A DNA stretch of 64,000 nt from an uncultured Gemmatimonadales bacterium (lineage in GTDB: Bacteria; Gemmatimonadota; Gemmatimonadetes; Longimicrobiales; Gaopeijiaceae): NCBI GenBank assembly GCA_963848895.1, contig CAWKGE010000008.1:196901-260900 (forward strand), written 5' to 3'. Each line of letters begins with the position of its first letter. Positions within the stretch are counted from its first letter, which is position 1. The translations under genes were made by a program, and so were the position numbers. The notes beneath the pieces were generated by a model, which worked only from the letters and a program-made list of their open reading frames with translations, was not told the DNA's origin and did no database searches. Shown here one piece after another: positions 38,468-51,777 of this stretch.

Positions 38468-39781
38468 GGGCCAGGGGGTCGAGCGCGTGGCAGGAGGTCG
38501 TCCAGCAGAGCGGCGGAGCGCTCCGCGGCACCGAGATGGCGCTGAATATAGCCGAACGCACGCTCGCCGGCGTACCTCCGTTCCGCCTCGTCGCTCGTCC
38601 ACAGCGCCAGCACCTCCGCCAGGCCCACGCTACCTTCGACCTCTCTGGCGCCCCCTTCTGCAAGAAGCTGGCCCGCCGCGCGCGCGTTGGCGTGCCGGGG
38701 CCCGAAGGTCACAGGCAGGCGGGCAGCGGCCGGCTCGAGCACCGAGTGCAGCCCGGCATCGTGGAAGCCACCACCGACGAAGGCGGCCGCTCCGACCGTG
38801 TAGAGCTGGGCCAGCACGCCCACGCGGTCCACCACCACCACGTCGACACCGCGGGCGTCTCCCCGCTCCTCCACCTCGCCCAGCGTGGCGACGCTCCAGC
38901 CGTCCGCGCGGAGGTCCCGCACGAGCGCCCCCACGTGCTCCGAGTCCGGTTCGTGCGGCGCGAGCACCGCCCGCACCTCCGGGACGATGCCGCGAAGCGA
39001 GCGCAGCGCGGGCAGGAGCACCGCGTCGTCGGCCGGCCAGGTCGAACCGGCCACGACGGTGGGCCTCGGGTCCTCGTGCAACGGTCGGAGCCACGGCGCC
39101 CCTGGATCCGCCGCCGTCGCCCGCTGAGCCGCCGAGTCGATCCCGGGATCCCCGGTGACGCGGATCGCCTCGTCGCGCACCCCCAGCCTGCGGAAGCCGT
39201 CGGCGTCTTCCTCCGTGATGGCGCCGACGAGCGTCATGCTCCGCCACACCTCACGCAGGAGCGCGCGCGCCGGCCATCGGCCCCGCCCGGCGCCCGGGGG
39301 GACGGTCCCGCCCACCATGGCGACCGGCACCCCGCGGCGCGCCGACTCCGCGACCAGAACCGGCCAGGCCTCGGTCTTCGTGAAGACCACCACGTCGGGG
39401 CGAGACCGCGTCCAGGACGGGACCCATCTCGTCGGGGAGGTCCCACGGGAGGTAGCCCGCCACGTCGGCCGGCATCCGACGGGCCAGCTCGACCGCGGAG
39501 GGCGAGAAGTGGGTGTACAGCGTCTGCAGCCCCGGCCGGAGCGTCCGCCACGCCTCGAGCACGGCGCGCGCCTGCAGCCCCTCGCCCACGGAGGGAGCGT
39601 GGATCCATGCTCCCGGCCGGTCCGGCGCACGCGACGTCCGCCCCCACCCCACCAGGCGGCTCGCGGCGTCCCGGCGTCCGACGATCCCCCGCGCCAGCTT
39701 GGAGCCACCACGACCCACCAACGGCGTCGCGACGCGCAGCGTCCTCTGCGCGGCACGATAGAGAGCGAGGGCGGGGTTCAT
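38464..39781 (-). CDS. waaA: 3-deoxy-D-manno-octulosonic acid (Kdo) transferase. One apparent frameshift near 39400.
   Basis: N-terminal Glycos_transf_N region (IHAPSVGEGLQARAVLEAW...LYTHFSPSA) is in one frame. The continuation (PDVVVFTKTEAWPVLVAESARRGVPVAMV...) is in the next frame and runs to the stop at 38464. Confidence 0.7.
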
Positions 39782-39806
39782 GGGCCGGACGTTATAGATT
39801 CCGTCC

Positions 39807-40004
39807 ATGACGTTCCAGATCACCGTCCGCTATGGCGGACGCTACCAGCGCTACCACACCTTCACCGTGGACGCGGCCGACGCCCGCGCGGCGCTGGAGG
39901 AGGCCGCCCGCGCCCTGCCGGACGAAGTGGCCGCCGAGGCCGACCTGGTCGAGCTGCGCGTGGCGGTGGACCCCGACAAGCGACAATACCTGGGCGAGGT
40001 CTGA
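39807..40004 (+). CDS. Small hypothetical protein (65 aa).
   Basis: Protein-like composition (MTFQITVRYGGRYQRYHTFTVDAADARAALEEAARALPDEVAAEADLVELRVAVDPDKRQYLGEV). There is no clear SD, and it lies only about 25 nt from the divergent waaA start. Confidence 0.35.
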   Translation: MTFQITVRYGGRYQRYHTFTVDAADARAALEEAARALPDEVAAEADLVELRVAVDPDKRQYLGEV

Positions 40005-40115
40005 CCGGCCGCGCCCCGAAGAACCGGCTCCGCTCGCCCGTACTGCCCTACGAGCCTGCCCGCGGAGCGCAGGGAAGCACCCGATCCCGTTCCACCATGC
40101 CGGAGGACTGCATCC

Positions 40116-41018
40116 ATGGCACCCATCTTCCTCGCCATCGTCGCCATCGTCCTGGGCGCGGCGATCCGCTCGATCGGACCCTCCATCGGAAAGTCGGCCG
40201 GAGCGGCGCGCCTCGTGGGATACGGCTTCATGGCGGCCGGCCTGCTGCTGGCCGCCTCCAACACGCTCGCCGTGATCTCGGTCGGTGAGGTCGGCGTCCA
40301 GCACTTCCTGGGCAAGATCTCCCAGACGCCCCTCGACCAGGGCGTGCACATGATCAACCCGCTGGCGAGCATCGAGAAGATGTCGATCCGCGAGCAGAGC
40401 TTCCCGCCGGACGGCAGCATCGAGAAGATCGACGCGCAGACCAGCGAGCAGCTCAACGTCGCACTCGAGGTCTCGATCCTCTACCGGATCGACCCGGCCA
40501 ACGCCCCGGACCTGTACCAGCGCATCGGCTCGGAGAGCCAGATCAAGCAGCGCATCGTCCTCAACTCGGTGCGCAACGGCGTCCGGGACGCGGTGGCGAC
40601 GAAGTCGATCAACGACATCTTCTCGCCGAACCGGCGTGAGATCGCCGAGGACATGAAGGCCGCCATCCAGGCCAAGGCGGGCGACCGCATCGAGGTGCTG
40701 GACGTGTTCGTGCGCGACGTACAGGCGCCGCCCAAGGTGCGCGAGGCCATCGAGGAGAAGCTGCAGCGCGAGCAGAACGTCTCCGCCGAGCGCTTCCAGA
40801 CCGAGATCATCCAGGAGAAGGCGCGCCAGCAGATCGAGCAGGCCAAGGGGATCGCAGAGGCCCAGCACATCATCTCCGAGGGACTGACCCCCCAGTACCT
40901 GACGTTCTACTACATCGAGCAGCTCGCGAAGCTGCCGGCGGGCTCGGTCGTGTACGTCCCCACCGAGGGCGGCGTGCCGCTCATGCGCCAGATCAACGGG
41001 GCCGGAGGCGGTCGTTGA
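40116..41018 (+). CDS. SPFH/band-7 (prohibitin/HflC-like) membrane protein.
   Basis: 300 aa, intact, with a GGAGGA RBS. An N-terminal TM is followed by an SPFH domain. Confidence 0.8.
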   Translation: MAPIFLAIVAIVLGAAIRSIGPSIGKSAGAARLVGYGFMAAGLLLAASNTLAVISVGEVGVQHFLGKISQTPLDQGVHMINPLASIEKMSIREQSFPPDGSIEKIDAQTSEQLNVALEVSILYRIDPANAPDLYQRIGSESQIKQRIVLNSVRNGVRDAVATKSINDIFSPNRREIAEDMKAAIQAKAGDRIEVLDVFVRDVQAPPKVREAIEEKLQREQNVSAERFQTEIIQEKARQQIEQAKGIAEAQHIISEGLTPQYLTFYYIEQLAKLPAGSVVYVPTEGGVPLMRQINGAGGGR

Positions 41019-41022
41019 CGGA

Positions 41023-41568
41023 GTGAACGCCCGGAGCGAGTTGGTGGGCCAGCGGCCCGCGGGGCCCGTCGCGGCGATCTGCGCTGCCTGGATGTTGTCG
41101 CTCGCGTTCGATGTCTTCCTTCACGCGGGCGTGTTGGCACGGCTGTACGCGCGCCCCAGCCCGGTCCTCCTCCCGGCGGATCGCGCCTTCGCGCGCATCC
41201 CGATGGGCTGGACCGCCTTCCTCGCCCTGACCGTGGCCCTCTGGTGGCTGATGCGCCGCACGGACGTGCGCGGAGCCAGGGCTGGCGGGCGGCTGGGCCT
41301 GTCGGGCGGGCTCCTGCTCTGGGGAGCGTGGAGCCTCGGGCTATACTCGATCAGCCGCTTCGAGGGCGACTTGTTGATCGGATGGTGGCTCGGCCAGGCG
41401 GTCGAGCTCGGAATCGCCGGCGTGGTGCTGGGTGCCGCGCGCGCCGGCATGGGCCGTGGGAGGCTGTTCGCGAGGGTGGCGTTGGTCATGGCCCTCCTGA
41501 TTGCGGGCACGGTCGCCCTCCAGGCCTTCGGCCTCGCTCCGCCCATGAAGACCGTGGGGGCGAGGTGA
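41023..41568 (+). CDS. Hypothetical integral membrane protein (about 4 TM).
   Basis: 181 aa with a GTG start just after the SPFH stop. It contains hydrophobic helices (…AAICAAWMLSLAFDVFLHAG…, …WTAFLALTVALWWLM…). Confidence 0.5.
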   Translation: MNARSELVGQRPAGPVAAICAAWMLSLAFDVFLHAGVLARLYARPSPVLLPADRAFARIPMGWTAFLALTVALWWLMRRTDVRGARAGGRLGLSGGLLLWGAWSLGLYSISRFEGDLLIGWWLGQAVELGIAGVVLGAARAGMGRGRLFARVALVMALLIAGTVALQAFGLAPPMKTVGAR

Positions 41569-41606
41569 GCGAAACCCCGACCGGCTCCGGAGCATAGTAG
41601 GAGGGC

Positions 41607-42716
41607 GTGAACGTCACCGCGTCCGGGGCACGGCCCCTCCGTTCCCGCCTGCTCCGAGGCGGCTTCGTCGTCGTGGCCCTGGGCATGGTGGCGGGCTGTT
41701 GGGCCTGCTCGCCGGTCTACGTGATCAAGGCCGGCCTGGCCGAGGCGCGGATCCTCCGAGCGCGCCGGCCCATCGCGGAGGTCCTCACCGACTCGACGAC
41801 CGACGCGGACACGCGCGGCAAGCTCGCGTTCCTGGTGGAGGCGCGGCGCTTCGCTGCCGACGATCTCGGCATCGACGTGGGCGACGCATACACGCAATAC
41901 ACGGCGTTGAAGAGCGACACGCTCGCGCTGGTCCTGTCTGCGGCCGAGAAGGACCGCCTGGTGCCCAAGACGTGGTGGTTTCCGATCGTGGGGAACGTCC
42001 CCTACAAGGGGTTCTTCGACGAGAAGGACGCTCGACAGGCCCAGCACGACCTCGAGGGGGAAGGGTTCGACACGTACCTCCGACCCACCGCGGCGTTCAG
42101 CACGCTCGGGTGGTTCAACGATCCGGTCCTCTCGTCCATGCTGGACACCGACGACGTCGAAGTCGTGGAAACGGTCTTGCACGAGCTGTCGCACCGGTAC
42201 CTGTTCGTGCCCGGCCAGGTCGGCTTCAACGAGAGCTACGCCACGTTCGTGGGCCGGGTCGGAGCCGCCCGGTTCTTCTGCACCCGGCAGGGCGGCGGGC
42301 CCGATACCGTCAAGTGCCACCGCGCCGAGGCACGGTGGCGGGACTACCAGCGCTTCAGCGTGTTCGTGGACGAACTGGTGGCCGATCTGGACGGGGTCTA
42401 CGACCGCACGGACCTGACGTACGAGCAGAAGCTGACCTTGCGGCAGCAGGTGTTCACCGAGGGGCTGCACCACTTCGACGTGGACGTGGCTCCGACGTTC
42501 GAGAGCGTCGGCTTCGGCGGTTTCCGCCGGACGCCGCTGAACAACGCCACGCTCCTGGCGCGCATCCGGTACTTCCACCGGCTACCCGACTTCCAGCAGC
42601 TGCTCGAGGCGCACGGCGGTGATCTGAGGGAGGTCCTGACCGTTTTGAAGGCCGGGGTCGAGGACGTGGACGACCCCTTCGATCTTCTTCCAGAGGAGAG
42701 GGGTGGACGACGATGA
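41607..42716 (+). CDS. Predicted zinc aminopeptidase lipoprotein (DUF2265-like, HEXXH).
   Basis: Signal/lipobox …VVALGMVAGC, motif VLHELSHRYLFVPGQVGFNESYATF, and an AGGAGG RBS at the GTG. The family assignment is from memory. Confidence 0.55.
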   Translation: MNVTASGARPLRSRLLRGGFVVVALGMVAGCWACSPVYVIKAGLAEARILRARRPIAEVLTDSTTDADTRGKLAFLVEARRFAADDLGIDVGDAYTQYTALKSDTLALVLSAAEKDRLVPKTWWFPIVGNVPYKGFFDEKDARQAQHDLEGEGFDTYLRPTAAFSTLGWFNDPVLSSMLDTDDVEVVETVLHELSHRYLFVPGQVGFNESYATFVGRVGAARFFCTRQGGGPDTVKCHRAEARWRDYQRFSVFVDELVADLDGVYDRTDLTYEQKLTLRQQVFTEGLHHFDVDVAPTFESVGFGGFRRTPLNNATLLARIRYFHRLPDFQQLLEAHGGDLREVLTVLKAGVEDVDDPFDLLPEERGGRR

Positions 42717-44240
42717 CGGGGAAGCCGTGGCTCCTGGTGCTCGCGGTCGTGCTGACCACGGGAAAGGCCGTCGCGCAGACGACGTCGTACGAAGTGGATC
42801 TCCTGGATCGGGCCGACGACCGCTTCAAGGTCGTGGTGCAGCTCACCGGCCTCGGTCCGGCCGATTCGATCTTCCAGTTCGCCGCGACGGCCCCGGGCAC
42901 CTACCAGATCGAGGACATCGGCCGCTACGTGGAGAACCTGCGAGCCTTCGACGCGAACGGCCGGGAGATCCCGGTGGCCCGCGTGTCGACCAACCGGTGG
43001 CGCTTCTCCGATCCCGCGCGGGTGCGCACCGTGCGCTACGCCATCGCGGAGACGTGGGACACGCCGGTCCCCGAGCACACGCCCTACCTCATGTGCGGCA
43101 CGTCCATCGAGGCCGACAACGTCCTGGTGAGCCCGCACGCGGTGTTCGGCTACCCGGCCCTGCGTCAGGGGCAGCCGGTCCGGGTGCGCTTCGAACGGCC
43201 CGCGCGACTGGAGGGTGGGGTCCGCGCTCGTCCCCGACGCGCAGGGGTGGTACCACGCGGACGACTACGACCAGCTGGTGGACTCCCCCTTCCTCATGGG
43301 GAGCACGCTCACCGAGGCGACGCTCTCGGTGGGTGACGTGCCCGTCGAGGTCTGGGTGTACTCGAAGACCGGGAAGATCCGGGCGGAGCGGCTCCTGGGG
43401 AGCATGCGGTCCATGCTCACCTCGGCGGGCGCCTTCCTCGACGGGCTTCCGGTCGACCGTTACGCGTTCCTGTGGCACTTCGAGGACGTGAGCATGGGCG
43501 CGTGGGAGCACAGCTACAGCTCGGAGTACGTTCTGGCCGAGCCGCAGTCGTGGACGGACGCCGTCGGGCAGAGCCTGACCGACATGGCGGCGCACGAGTT
43601 CTTCCACGTGGTGACGCCGCTCAACATCCACAGCGAGATCATCGAGCACTTCGACTTCGAGCATCCGACGCCCTCCCAGCACCTCTGGCTGTACGAGGGC
43701 GTGACCGAGTGGGCGTCCGACGCGATGCAGCTGCGCTCGGACCTCGTCCAGCTCCCCGCCTACCTCGGCAAGGTCGTCGAGAAGATCCTCGTAGACCGGC
43801 AGTACTTCGACGCCTCGTACTCGCTCAGGAAGCTCGCGCTGACGTCGTACACCGACGCGGGGCAGCAGCAGTACGGGAACATCTACATGAGGGGCGCCCT
43901 GGTGGCCGGCCTCCTCGACATCCGGCTGCTGGAGCTGTCGCGCGGCCGGCGGGGGCTGCGGGAGCTGATCCTCGATCTCGCGAAGGAGTACGGGAAGGAC
44001 CGTCCGTTCCCCGAGGACCGCTTCTTCGACATCGTCACCGCGAAGACCTACCCGGAGATCGGGGACTTCTTCGGCCGCTACGTGAAGACCGCGGAGCCGC
44101 TGCCGATCGCGGCGTACTACGCGAAGCTCGGGATCCGCTTCGTGGACGGCGACACGCCCCGCTTCGAGATCATGAAGGACGCCACCCCGGAGCAGCTCGC
44201 CCTCCGCCGAGCCTGGCTGCGCGGGCGCCCCGCCGCGTAG
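42713..44240 (+). CDS. Secreted M61/M1-like zinc metallopeptidase (HEFFH…E). One apparent frameshift near 43212.
   Basis: Signal peptide MTGKPWLLVLAVVLTTGKAVAQ. The N-terminal 165 aa are in one frame; the rest (…HEFFHVVTPLN…WLYEGVTEW…) is in the next frame. Removing one G in ggtgggg joins the two. Confidence 0.6.
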
Positions 44241-44332
44241 ACGCGCACCCCGCCGGCCGAGCACCTCGGCCCGGCCGCCCTTGGGCGCGGCCCACGTCGC
44301 CTTTAGTTTGCGGCTTCCCTTGGGATTTCCGC

Positions 44333-46810
44333 ATGGAGCAGCACGTTCGTACGACCATGTCCACCGAAGACAGAGACACCTACAGCCCGTCGCGGGTCGA
44401 AGAGAAATGGCAGCGCCTGTGGGAGGAGCGTGGCACCAACACGTTCACGCTCGAGGCGCTGACGACCGCGGAGGAGCCGTTCTACAACCTCATGATGTTC
44501 CCCTACCCCTCCGCCGAGGGGCTGCACGTGGGCAACATCTACGCCTTCACGGGCGCGGACGTGCACGGCCGCTACCAGCGGATGCGCGGACGCACGGTGT
44601 TCGAGCCGATCGGCTTCGACGCCTTCGGGATCCACTCGGAGAACTTCGCCCTGAAGCGGGGCGTGCATCCGATGGACCTGATCCCGTCCAACGTGCGCAA
44701 CTTCACCCGGCAGCTCCGACGCACCGGCGGGATGTTCGACTGGAACCACGCCGTCAACACGACCGATCCCGCCTACTACAAGTGGACGCAGTGGATCTTC
44801 CTGCAGCTCTTCAAGGCCGGGCTGGCCGAGCGCAAGGAGGCTCCGGTCAACTGGTGTCCTTCGTGCATGACCGTGCTGGCCAACGAGCAGGTCATCGGGG
44901 GTGCGTGTGAGCGGTGCGGCACCCCGGTCGAGCAGCGACGCATCGCGCAATGGTTCTTCCGGATCACGAAGTACGCCGAGCGACTCCTCGACAACCTGGA
45001 GACGCTGGATTGGTCCGACACGACCCGCTCCGCCCAGACCAACTGGATCGGCCGCAGCGAGGGCGCACGCCTGCGCTTCCCCGTGCTGGGCGCGGACGCG
45101 ACGGAGACGGGGGGAACGATCGAGGTGTTCACGACCCGCCCGGACACCGTATTCGGCGCCACCTACATGGTGCTCGCCCCCGAGCACCCGCTGGTGGACG
45201 CGCTGACCGACGAAGCGCACGCCGCGAAGGTACGGGCCTACCGCGAGGAGGCGGTTCGCAAGGACCTGGTCGCCCGGCAGAAGGTGGACAAGACGAAGAC
45301 CGGCGAGTTCACCGGGGGCTACTGCCGCAACCCGGCCACGGGGGAGCCGATCCCCGTCTGGATCGCGGACTACGTGCTGATGGAGTACGGCACCGGCGCG
45401 ATCATGGCGGTGCCCGGCCACGACGAGCGCGACTTCGAGTTCGCCACGCAGTTCGCGCTGCCGATCGTGCGGGTCGTCGCCGGCCCCGGCGAGGACGCCG
45501 ACACGCCGCTCGGGGAGGCGTACGTCGGGCCGGGCGTCCTGGTGAACTCCTCCGACTTCGACGGCACCGACGTGGACGACGCGGTCCGCGCGGTGACGGA
45601 GTGGGCGGAGGGCCGCGGGTGGGGTGAGGGGACCGTCAACTACCGGCTGCGGGACTGGTGCATCTCCCGGCAGCGGTACTGGGGACCGCCGATCCCGATC
45701 ATCCACTGCGAGAAATGCGGCTCGGTTGCGGTCCCGGAGGAGGATCTGCCGGTGGTGCTGCCCCGCGTCGAGGACTTCAAGCCCGACGACACGGGGGTGA
45801 GCCCCCTGGCCCGCGTCGAGGCGTGGTACCGGACGACCTGCCCCGAGTGCGGAGGGCAGGCGCGCCGCGAGACCGACGTCTCGGACACGTTCCTCGACTC
45901 CGGCTGGTACTTCCTGCGCTACCCGTCCACCGACTTCGACGACAAGCCCTTCGACCCGGTGCTGACGATGCGGTGGCTACCGGTGGACACGTACATCGGC
46001 GGCAACGAGCACGCGGTGCTGCACCTGCTCTACTCCCGCTTCCTGACCATGGTCCTCCACGACCTGGGGCACCTGGACTTCGAGGAGCCGTTCACGGTCT
46101 TCCGCGCCCACGGGCTGATCATCGCCGAGGGCGCCAAGATGTCGAAGAGCAAGGGCAACGTCGTGGTCCCCGACCCGATCATCGAGGAGTACGGCGCGGA
46201 CACGTTCCGCACGTACCTGATGTTCCTGGGGCCGTTCGAGAGCGGGGGCGACTACCGCCAGGAGGGGATCCAGGGGCCGTACGGATTCCTGCACCGGCTG
46301 TGGGACACCGTGCTCGCGGCGGAGGAAGGCGAGCCGGACGCGTCCGTCGAGCGCAAGCTGCACCGGACCATCCAACAGGTGACCGAGCAGCTGCCCGACC
46401 TGCAATACAACACCGCCATCGCGGCGATGATGGAGTATCTGAACGCGGCGAGGGCCGGAGGGCGCAAGGCCGTGCGCGCGGAGGTGGAGCCGCTGGTGTC
46501 GCTCGTGGCGCCCTTCGCGCCCCACCTGGCCGAGGAGCTGTGGGAGCGCCTGGGGCACGAGGGCAGCATCTTCGACGGTGCCAACTGGCCGGAGTACGAT
46601 CCGGCCAAGACCGTCGAGGACACGGTGAACTACGCGGTGCAGGTCAACGGCAAGCTGCGCGGCACCGTGGCGGTGGCCCGCGCAACGGACGAGGCCGACG
46701 TCGTCGCCCTCGCCCGCGCCGAAGAGAACGTCGCGCGCCACCTGGACGGCGCGACGGAGCGCAAGGTCGTCTTCGTGAAGGACCGTCTCGTGAACTTCGT
46801 GGTGTCATGA
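44333..46810 (+). CDS. leuS: Leucine--tRNA ligase.
   Basis: 825 aa, intact, with HVGN(IY) (HIGH-type) and KMSKS motifs, the editing domain and the anticodon-binding domain. The stop overlaps the tkt start. Confidence 0.92.
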   Translation: MEQHVRTTMSTEDRDTYSPSRVEEKWQRLWEERGTNTFTLEALTTAEEPFYNLMMFPYPSAEGLHVGNIYAFTGADVHGRYQRMRGRTVFEPIGFDAFGIHSENFALKRGVHPMDLIPSNVRNFTRQLRRTGGMFDWNHAVNTTDPAYYKWTQWIFLQLFKAGLAERKEAPVNWCPSCMTVLANEQVIGGACERCGTPVEQRRIAQWFFRITKYAERLLDNLETLDWSDTTRSAQTNWIGRSEGARLRFPVLGADATETGGTIEVFTTRPDTVFGATYMVLAPEHPLVDALTDEAHAAKVRAYREEAVRKDLVARQKVDKTKTGEFTGGYCRNPATGEPIPVWIADYVLMEYGTGAIMAVPGHDERDFEFATQFALPIVRVVAGPGEDADTPLGEAYVGPGVLVNSSDFDGTDVDDAVRAVTEWAEGRGWGEGTVNYRLRDWCISRQRYWGPPIPIIHCEKCGSVAVPEEDLPVVLPRVEDFKPDDTGVSPLARVEAWYRTTCPECGGQARRETDVSDTFLDSGWYFLRYPSTDFDDKPFDPVLTMRWLPVDTYIGGNEHAVLHLLYSRFLTMVLHDLGHLDFEEPFTVFRAHGLIIAEGAKMSKSKGNVVVPDPIIEEYGADTFRTYLMFLGPFESGGDYRQEGIQGPYGFLHRLWDTVLAAEEGEPDASVERKLHRTIQQVTEQLPDLQYNTAIAAMMEYLNAARAGGRKAVRAEVEPLVSLVAPFAPHLAEELWERLGHEGSIFDGANWPEYDPAKTVEDTVNYAVQVNGKLRGTVAVARATDEADVVALARAEENVARHLDGATERKVVFVKDRLVNFVVS

Positions 46811-48763
46811 ATCACATCGAGCGTCTGGCGATCGACGCAGTCCGTGTCCTGTCCATGGACGCGGTGCAGAAGGCCAATTCCGGACACCCGGGCACGCCGA
46901 TGGCGCTGGCGCCGTTCGGGTACGTCCTCTTCCACCGCCACCTGCGCCACAACCCGAAGAACCCCGTGTGGCCGGATCGCGACCGCTTCGTCCTGTCGGC
47001 GGGGCACGCGTCCATGCTCCTCTACTCGCTGCTCCATCTGAGCGGCTACGACGTCGACGAGGACGACATCCGCGCCTTCCGCCAGTGGGGCTCCGCGACG
47101 CCGGGCCACCCCGAGTACGGGCATACGCCGGGGGTCGAGTGCACCACCGGCCCGCTGGGCCAGGGCATCGCGATGAGCGTGGGGATGGCCCTCGCCGAGC
47201 GCTGGCTCGCGGAGCGCTTCAACCGCCCCGGGCACGAGATCGTCGAGCCACAACACGTGGGCGCTGTGCTCCGACGGCGACCTGATGGAGGGCATCAGCC
47301 ACGAGGCGGCGGAGCTCGCGGGGCACCAGAAGCTCGGCAAGCTCACATGGATCTGGGACGACAACCACATCACCATCGAGGGCCGCTCGGAGCTGGCGCG
47401 CTCCGCCGACCAGATCCGTCGGTTCGAGGCGTACGGCTGGCACGTCATCGACGTGCACGACGGCAACGACCTCGAGGCGATGGACCTCGCGCTGGAGGAG
47501 GCCAAGCGCGAGACGGAGCGCCCCAGCCTGATCGTCGCTGCGCACGGTCATCGCCTGGGGCAGCCCAAACAAGGCGGGTACCGCGGAGGCGCACGGTGCG
47601 CCCCTCGGCCGCGACGAGGTCGACGCGACGAAGGCGCAGCTCGGGTACCCCTCGCTCGATCCCTTCTGGGTCGACGAGCTCGCGCGGGAGCACTGGCGTG
47701 CGTGCATCCGAAAGGGGGAGCGCCTCGAGGAGGCGTGGAACGCGCGCTACCAGATCTACCGGGTGGAGCACCCCGAGGAAGCGAAGGAGCTCGAGCGGGC
47801 CATCACCGGCCAGCTTCCCGACGACTGGAACGCGGACGTCCCGGACTTCCTCTACGCGGTCAAGGCGGACGCGACGCGCGGGTGGTCCGGCAAGGTGCTC
47901 CAGGGCCTCGCGAAGCGCGTCCCCAACCTGGTGGGCGGCTCCGCGGACCTCGGTCCGTCGAACAAGACCGACATCAAGGGTGCCGACGACCTCCTGCCGC
48001 AGACCCCGGGTGGGCGTATCGTCCACTTCGGTGTGCGCGAGCACGCGATGGGCGGCGTCATGAACGGGATGGCGCTGCACGGTGGGGTCCGCCCCTTCGG
48101 CGGCACCTTCCTGATCTTCTCCGACTACATGCGCCCGGCGATCCGCCTCGCGGCGCTCATGGGCCAGCCCGTCGTCTACGTGTTCACGCACGACTCGATC
48201 GGCCTCGGGGAGGACGGACCCACGCACCAGCCGGTCGAGCACCTGGCTGCCCTGCGGGCCATCCCCGGCCTCGTGGACCTGCGCCCCGGCGACGCCGCCG
48301 AGACGGCGGTCGCGTGGCAGGTCGCGCTCGAGCGCTCGGACGGCCCGACCTTCCTGGCGCTCTCGCGCCAGTCGGTGCCGATCCTCGATCGGGACGCGCT
48401 CGGCTCCGCCGACGGACTGCGCCGCGGCGGGTACGTCCTGGCGGAGGCGAGCGGCGACGCACCGGGCGCGATCCTCATCGCCTCGGGGAGCGAGCTGGCC
48501 CTCGCGCTCGATGCGCGTGAGCGCCTGGAGTCGGCGGGCGTAGCGACGCGCGTCGTGAGCCTGCCCAGTTGGCATCTCTTCGCCGAGCAGAGCGTGGCCT
48601 ACCGACATCGCGTGCTTCCTCCTTCGATCAGGGCGCGCGTCGTCCGTCGAGGCCGCCACCACCTTCGGCTGGGAGCGGTGGGTCGGATCCGATGGCCACG
48701 CCGTGGGCATCGATCGCTTCGGAGCATCGGCCCCGGCGGAGGTGCTCTACCAGCAGCTCGGGA

Positions 48764-50169
<1,406 letters not shown>

Positions 50170-50262
50170 GTGGACGGTGCGCGCGACACGCTCGTGCTCG
50201 GCTCTGACCTCCAGGGGTCCACGACTTCTGGACGAGCCCGCCATCCGGATTCGGGTCCTGCC

Positions 50263-51055
50263 TCAGGCTGCCCGCCGGCGGAGCGCGGGCGGCAGTGGAG
50301 GCACGCGCGTGATGCGCTGCTGCCGGCGCCGGCGGCGTACGACCGGTCGGTCGTAGCGCGTCTCGGCGCGGCACCCGGCGTGACGCGCCCACGCCTTCCA
50401 CGACGCCCCGTGCCCGTAGTTGCCGTCGAAGAGGTAGTCGGCCACGTGGGCCATCTCGTGGAGCAGGGTGTCCATGCGCTCGGCGCCGTTCCCCTCGAGC
50501 ATGAGATCGACGTTCAACGCGATCTCGAGCACGTAGCGTCCGCGTCGCCTGTCCTGGCCCGGGATCATGTGGCCGAGCGACGCACTCATGCGATTGCTCA
50601 GGCGGACGGGAACGTCCTCCGGAAGCAGACCGTCGAAGCGCGTCTTGTTCAGATAGCGGTACAGCGCGCGCAGGTAGGCCCGCTGCTCCGGCGTAGCAGC
50701 AGCAGTGGGTGAGCTCTTCGTCGCCACAGCACCGTGCGGCCGCGCGGCGCTGCCGCTGCGCGTGCGACTTCCGCACCGCTTCGAGCACCGGCGTGAGGCC
50801 GGGCCAGCTCTGCACGCGTTCCGAAGCCTCGCGCACCGCGGGCGTGCTCCACCCGCGCCCCCGGACGATCGTGGCGAACGCATCCAGGACCGACGCCGGC
50901 GCACGGCGATACGCCACGTGCAGGTTGAGCACCGTGGCGTCCTGCGTCAGCGACCAGATCGTGCTGCGGTTGGCGCGGAAGCTGACGCGTTTGAGCCGAC
51001 GGGCTCCGCGGCTCTTCAACTCCCGCAGCGTGTCTTCGGTGGACCGGGCGCGCAT
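50263..51055 (-). CDS. SprT-like zinc-metalloprotease-domain protein with a ~100-aa N-terminal extension. One apparent frameshift near 50690.
   Basis: The ATG at 51055 has a GAGGAAA RBS. The N-terminal region is protein-like. After the shift comes RAYLRALYRYLNKTRFDGLLP…TLLHEMAHVADYLFDGNYGHGASWKAWARHAG (HExxH SprT motif). Confidence 0.6.
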
Positions 51056-51324
51056 GGATTTCCTCGGGCAGAGCGTCCGTCGCCGAGCAGGCGACGAACA
51101 ATGATGGGGCAATCGATTCCCTCGCGCATCCCCCCGCCACCGAGGCCTCACCGCAGCGTGCCGCGCGTGCCCACAGGTCTACAGTATCTGGTGGTCCCCC
51201 GACGAGATGCTACCACATATCGTAGAATCGTGGCTCGCGCCTATTGCGCACGCGGAGCGAATTGCACTACATAGAAGTCGTTCGCGAACACGTGTTGGTC
51301 GTACCCTGCTTCCGGAGGCACAAC

Positions 51325-51693
51325 GTGGCGACCAAGAAGAGCACCAGGAAGACCGCAGCGAAGAAGCCGGCGAAGAAGAAGGCCGCCAAGAAGCCGGCCA
51401 AGAAGAAGGCGGCGAGGAAGCCGGCCACCAAGAAGGCCGCGGGCGCCAAGAAGCGTCCGGCCAAGAAGGCCGCGAAGAAGAAGGCCGCCAAGAAGGCGCC
51501 GGTGAAGAAGACGGCGAAGAAGCCGGCCAAGAAGAAGGCCGCGAAGAAGGCGGCCAAGAAGAAGGCCGCAAGAAGGCGCCAAGAAGCGGCGAAGAAGCCC
51601 GCCAAGAAGGCCGTGAAGAAGGCGAAGAAGCCGGCCAAGAAGGCGGCGAAGAAGCCCGCCAAGAAGAAGGCGGCGAAGAAGGCGAAGAAGTAG
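51325..51693 (+). CDS. Lys/Ala/Pro-rich histone H1-like (Hc1/AlgP-like) nucleoid-associated protein.
   Basis: A GTG start with a GGAGG RBS 6 nt upstream gives [30 protein letters not shown]… of about 122 aa. It consists almost entirely of AKKPAKKKA-type repeats. An in-frame irregularity (…[13 protein letters not shown]…) sits inside the repeat. Confidence 0.6.
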   Translation: MATKKSTRKTAAKKPAKKKAAKKPAKKKAARKPATKKAAGAKKRPAKKAAKKKAAKKAPVKKTAKKPAKKKAAKKAAKKKAARRRQEAAKKPAKKAVKKAKKPAKKAAKKPAKKKAAKKAKK

Positions 51694-51719
51694 GGACGGT
51701 CGGACCCGGGAGGTCCCGC

Positions 51720-51750
51720 GGCGCCGGCGTCCCCTCGGGATGCCGGCGCC
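51720..51750. terminator. GC hairpin between the convergent histone-like gene and the sensor kinase gene.
   Basis: ggcgccggc-N13-gccggcgcc, a 9-bp perfect inverted repeat. Confidence 0.4.
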
Positions 51751-51777
51751 TTCGCGTGGTATCCCGGTATCGTCGAC

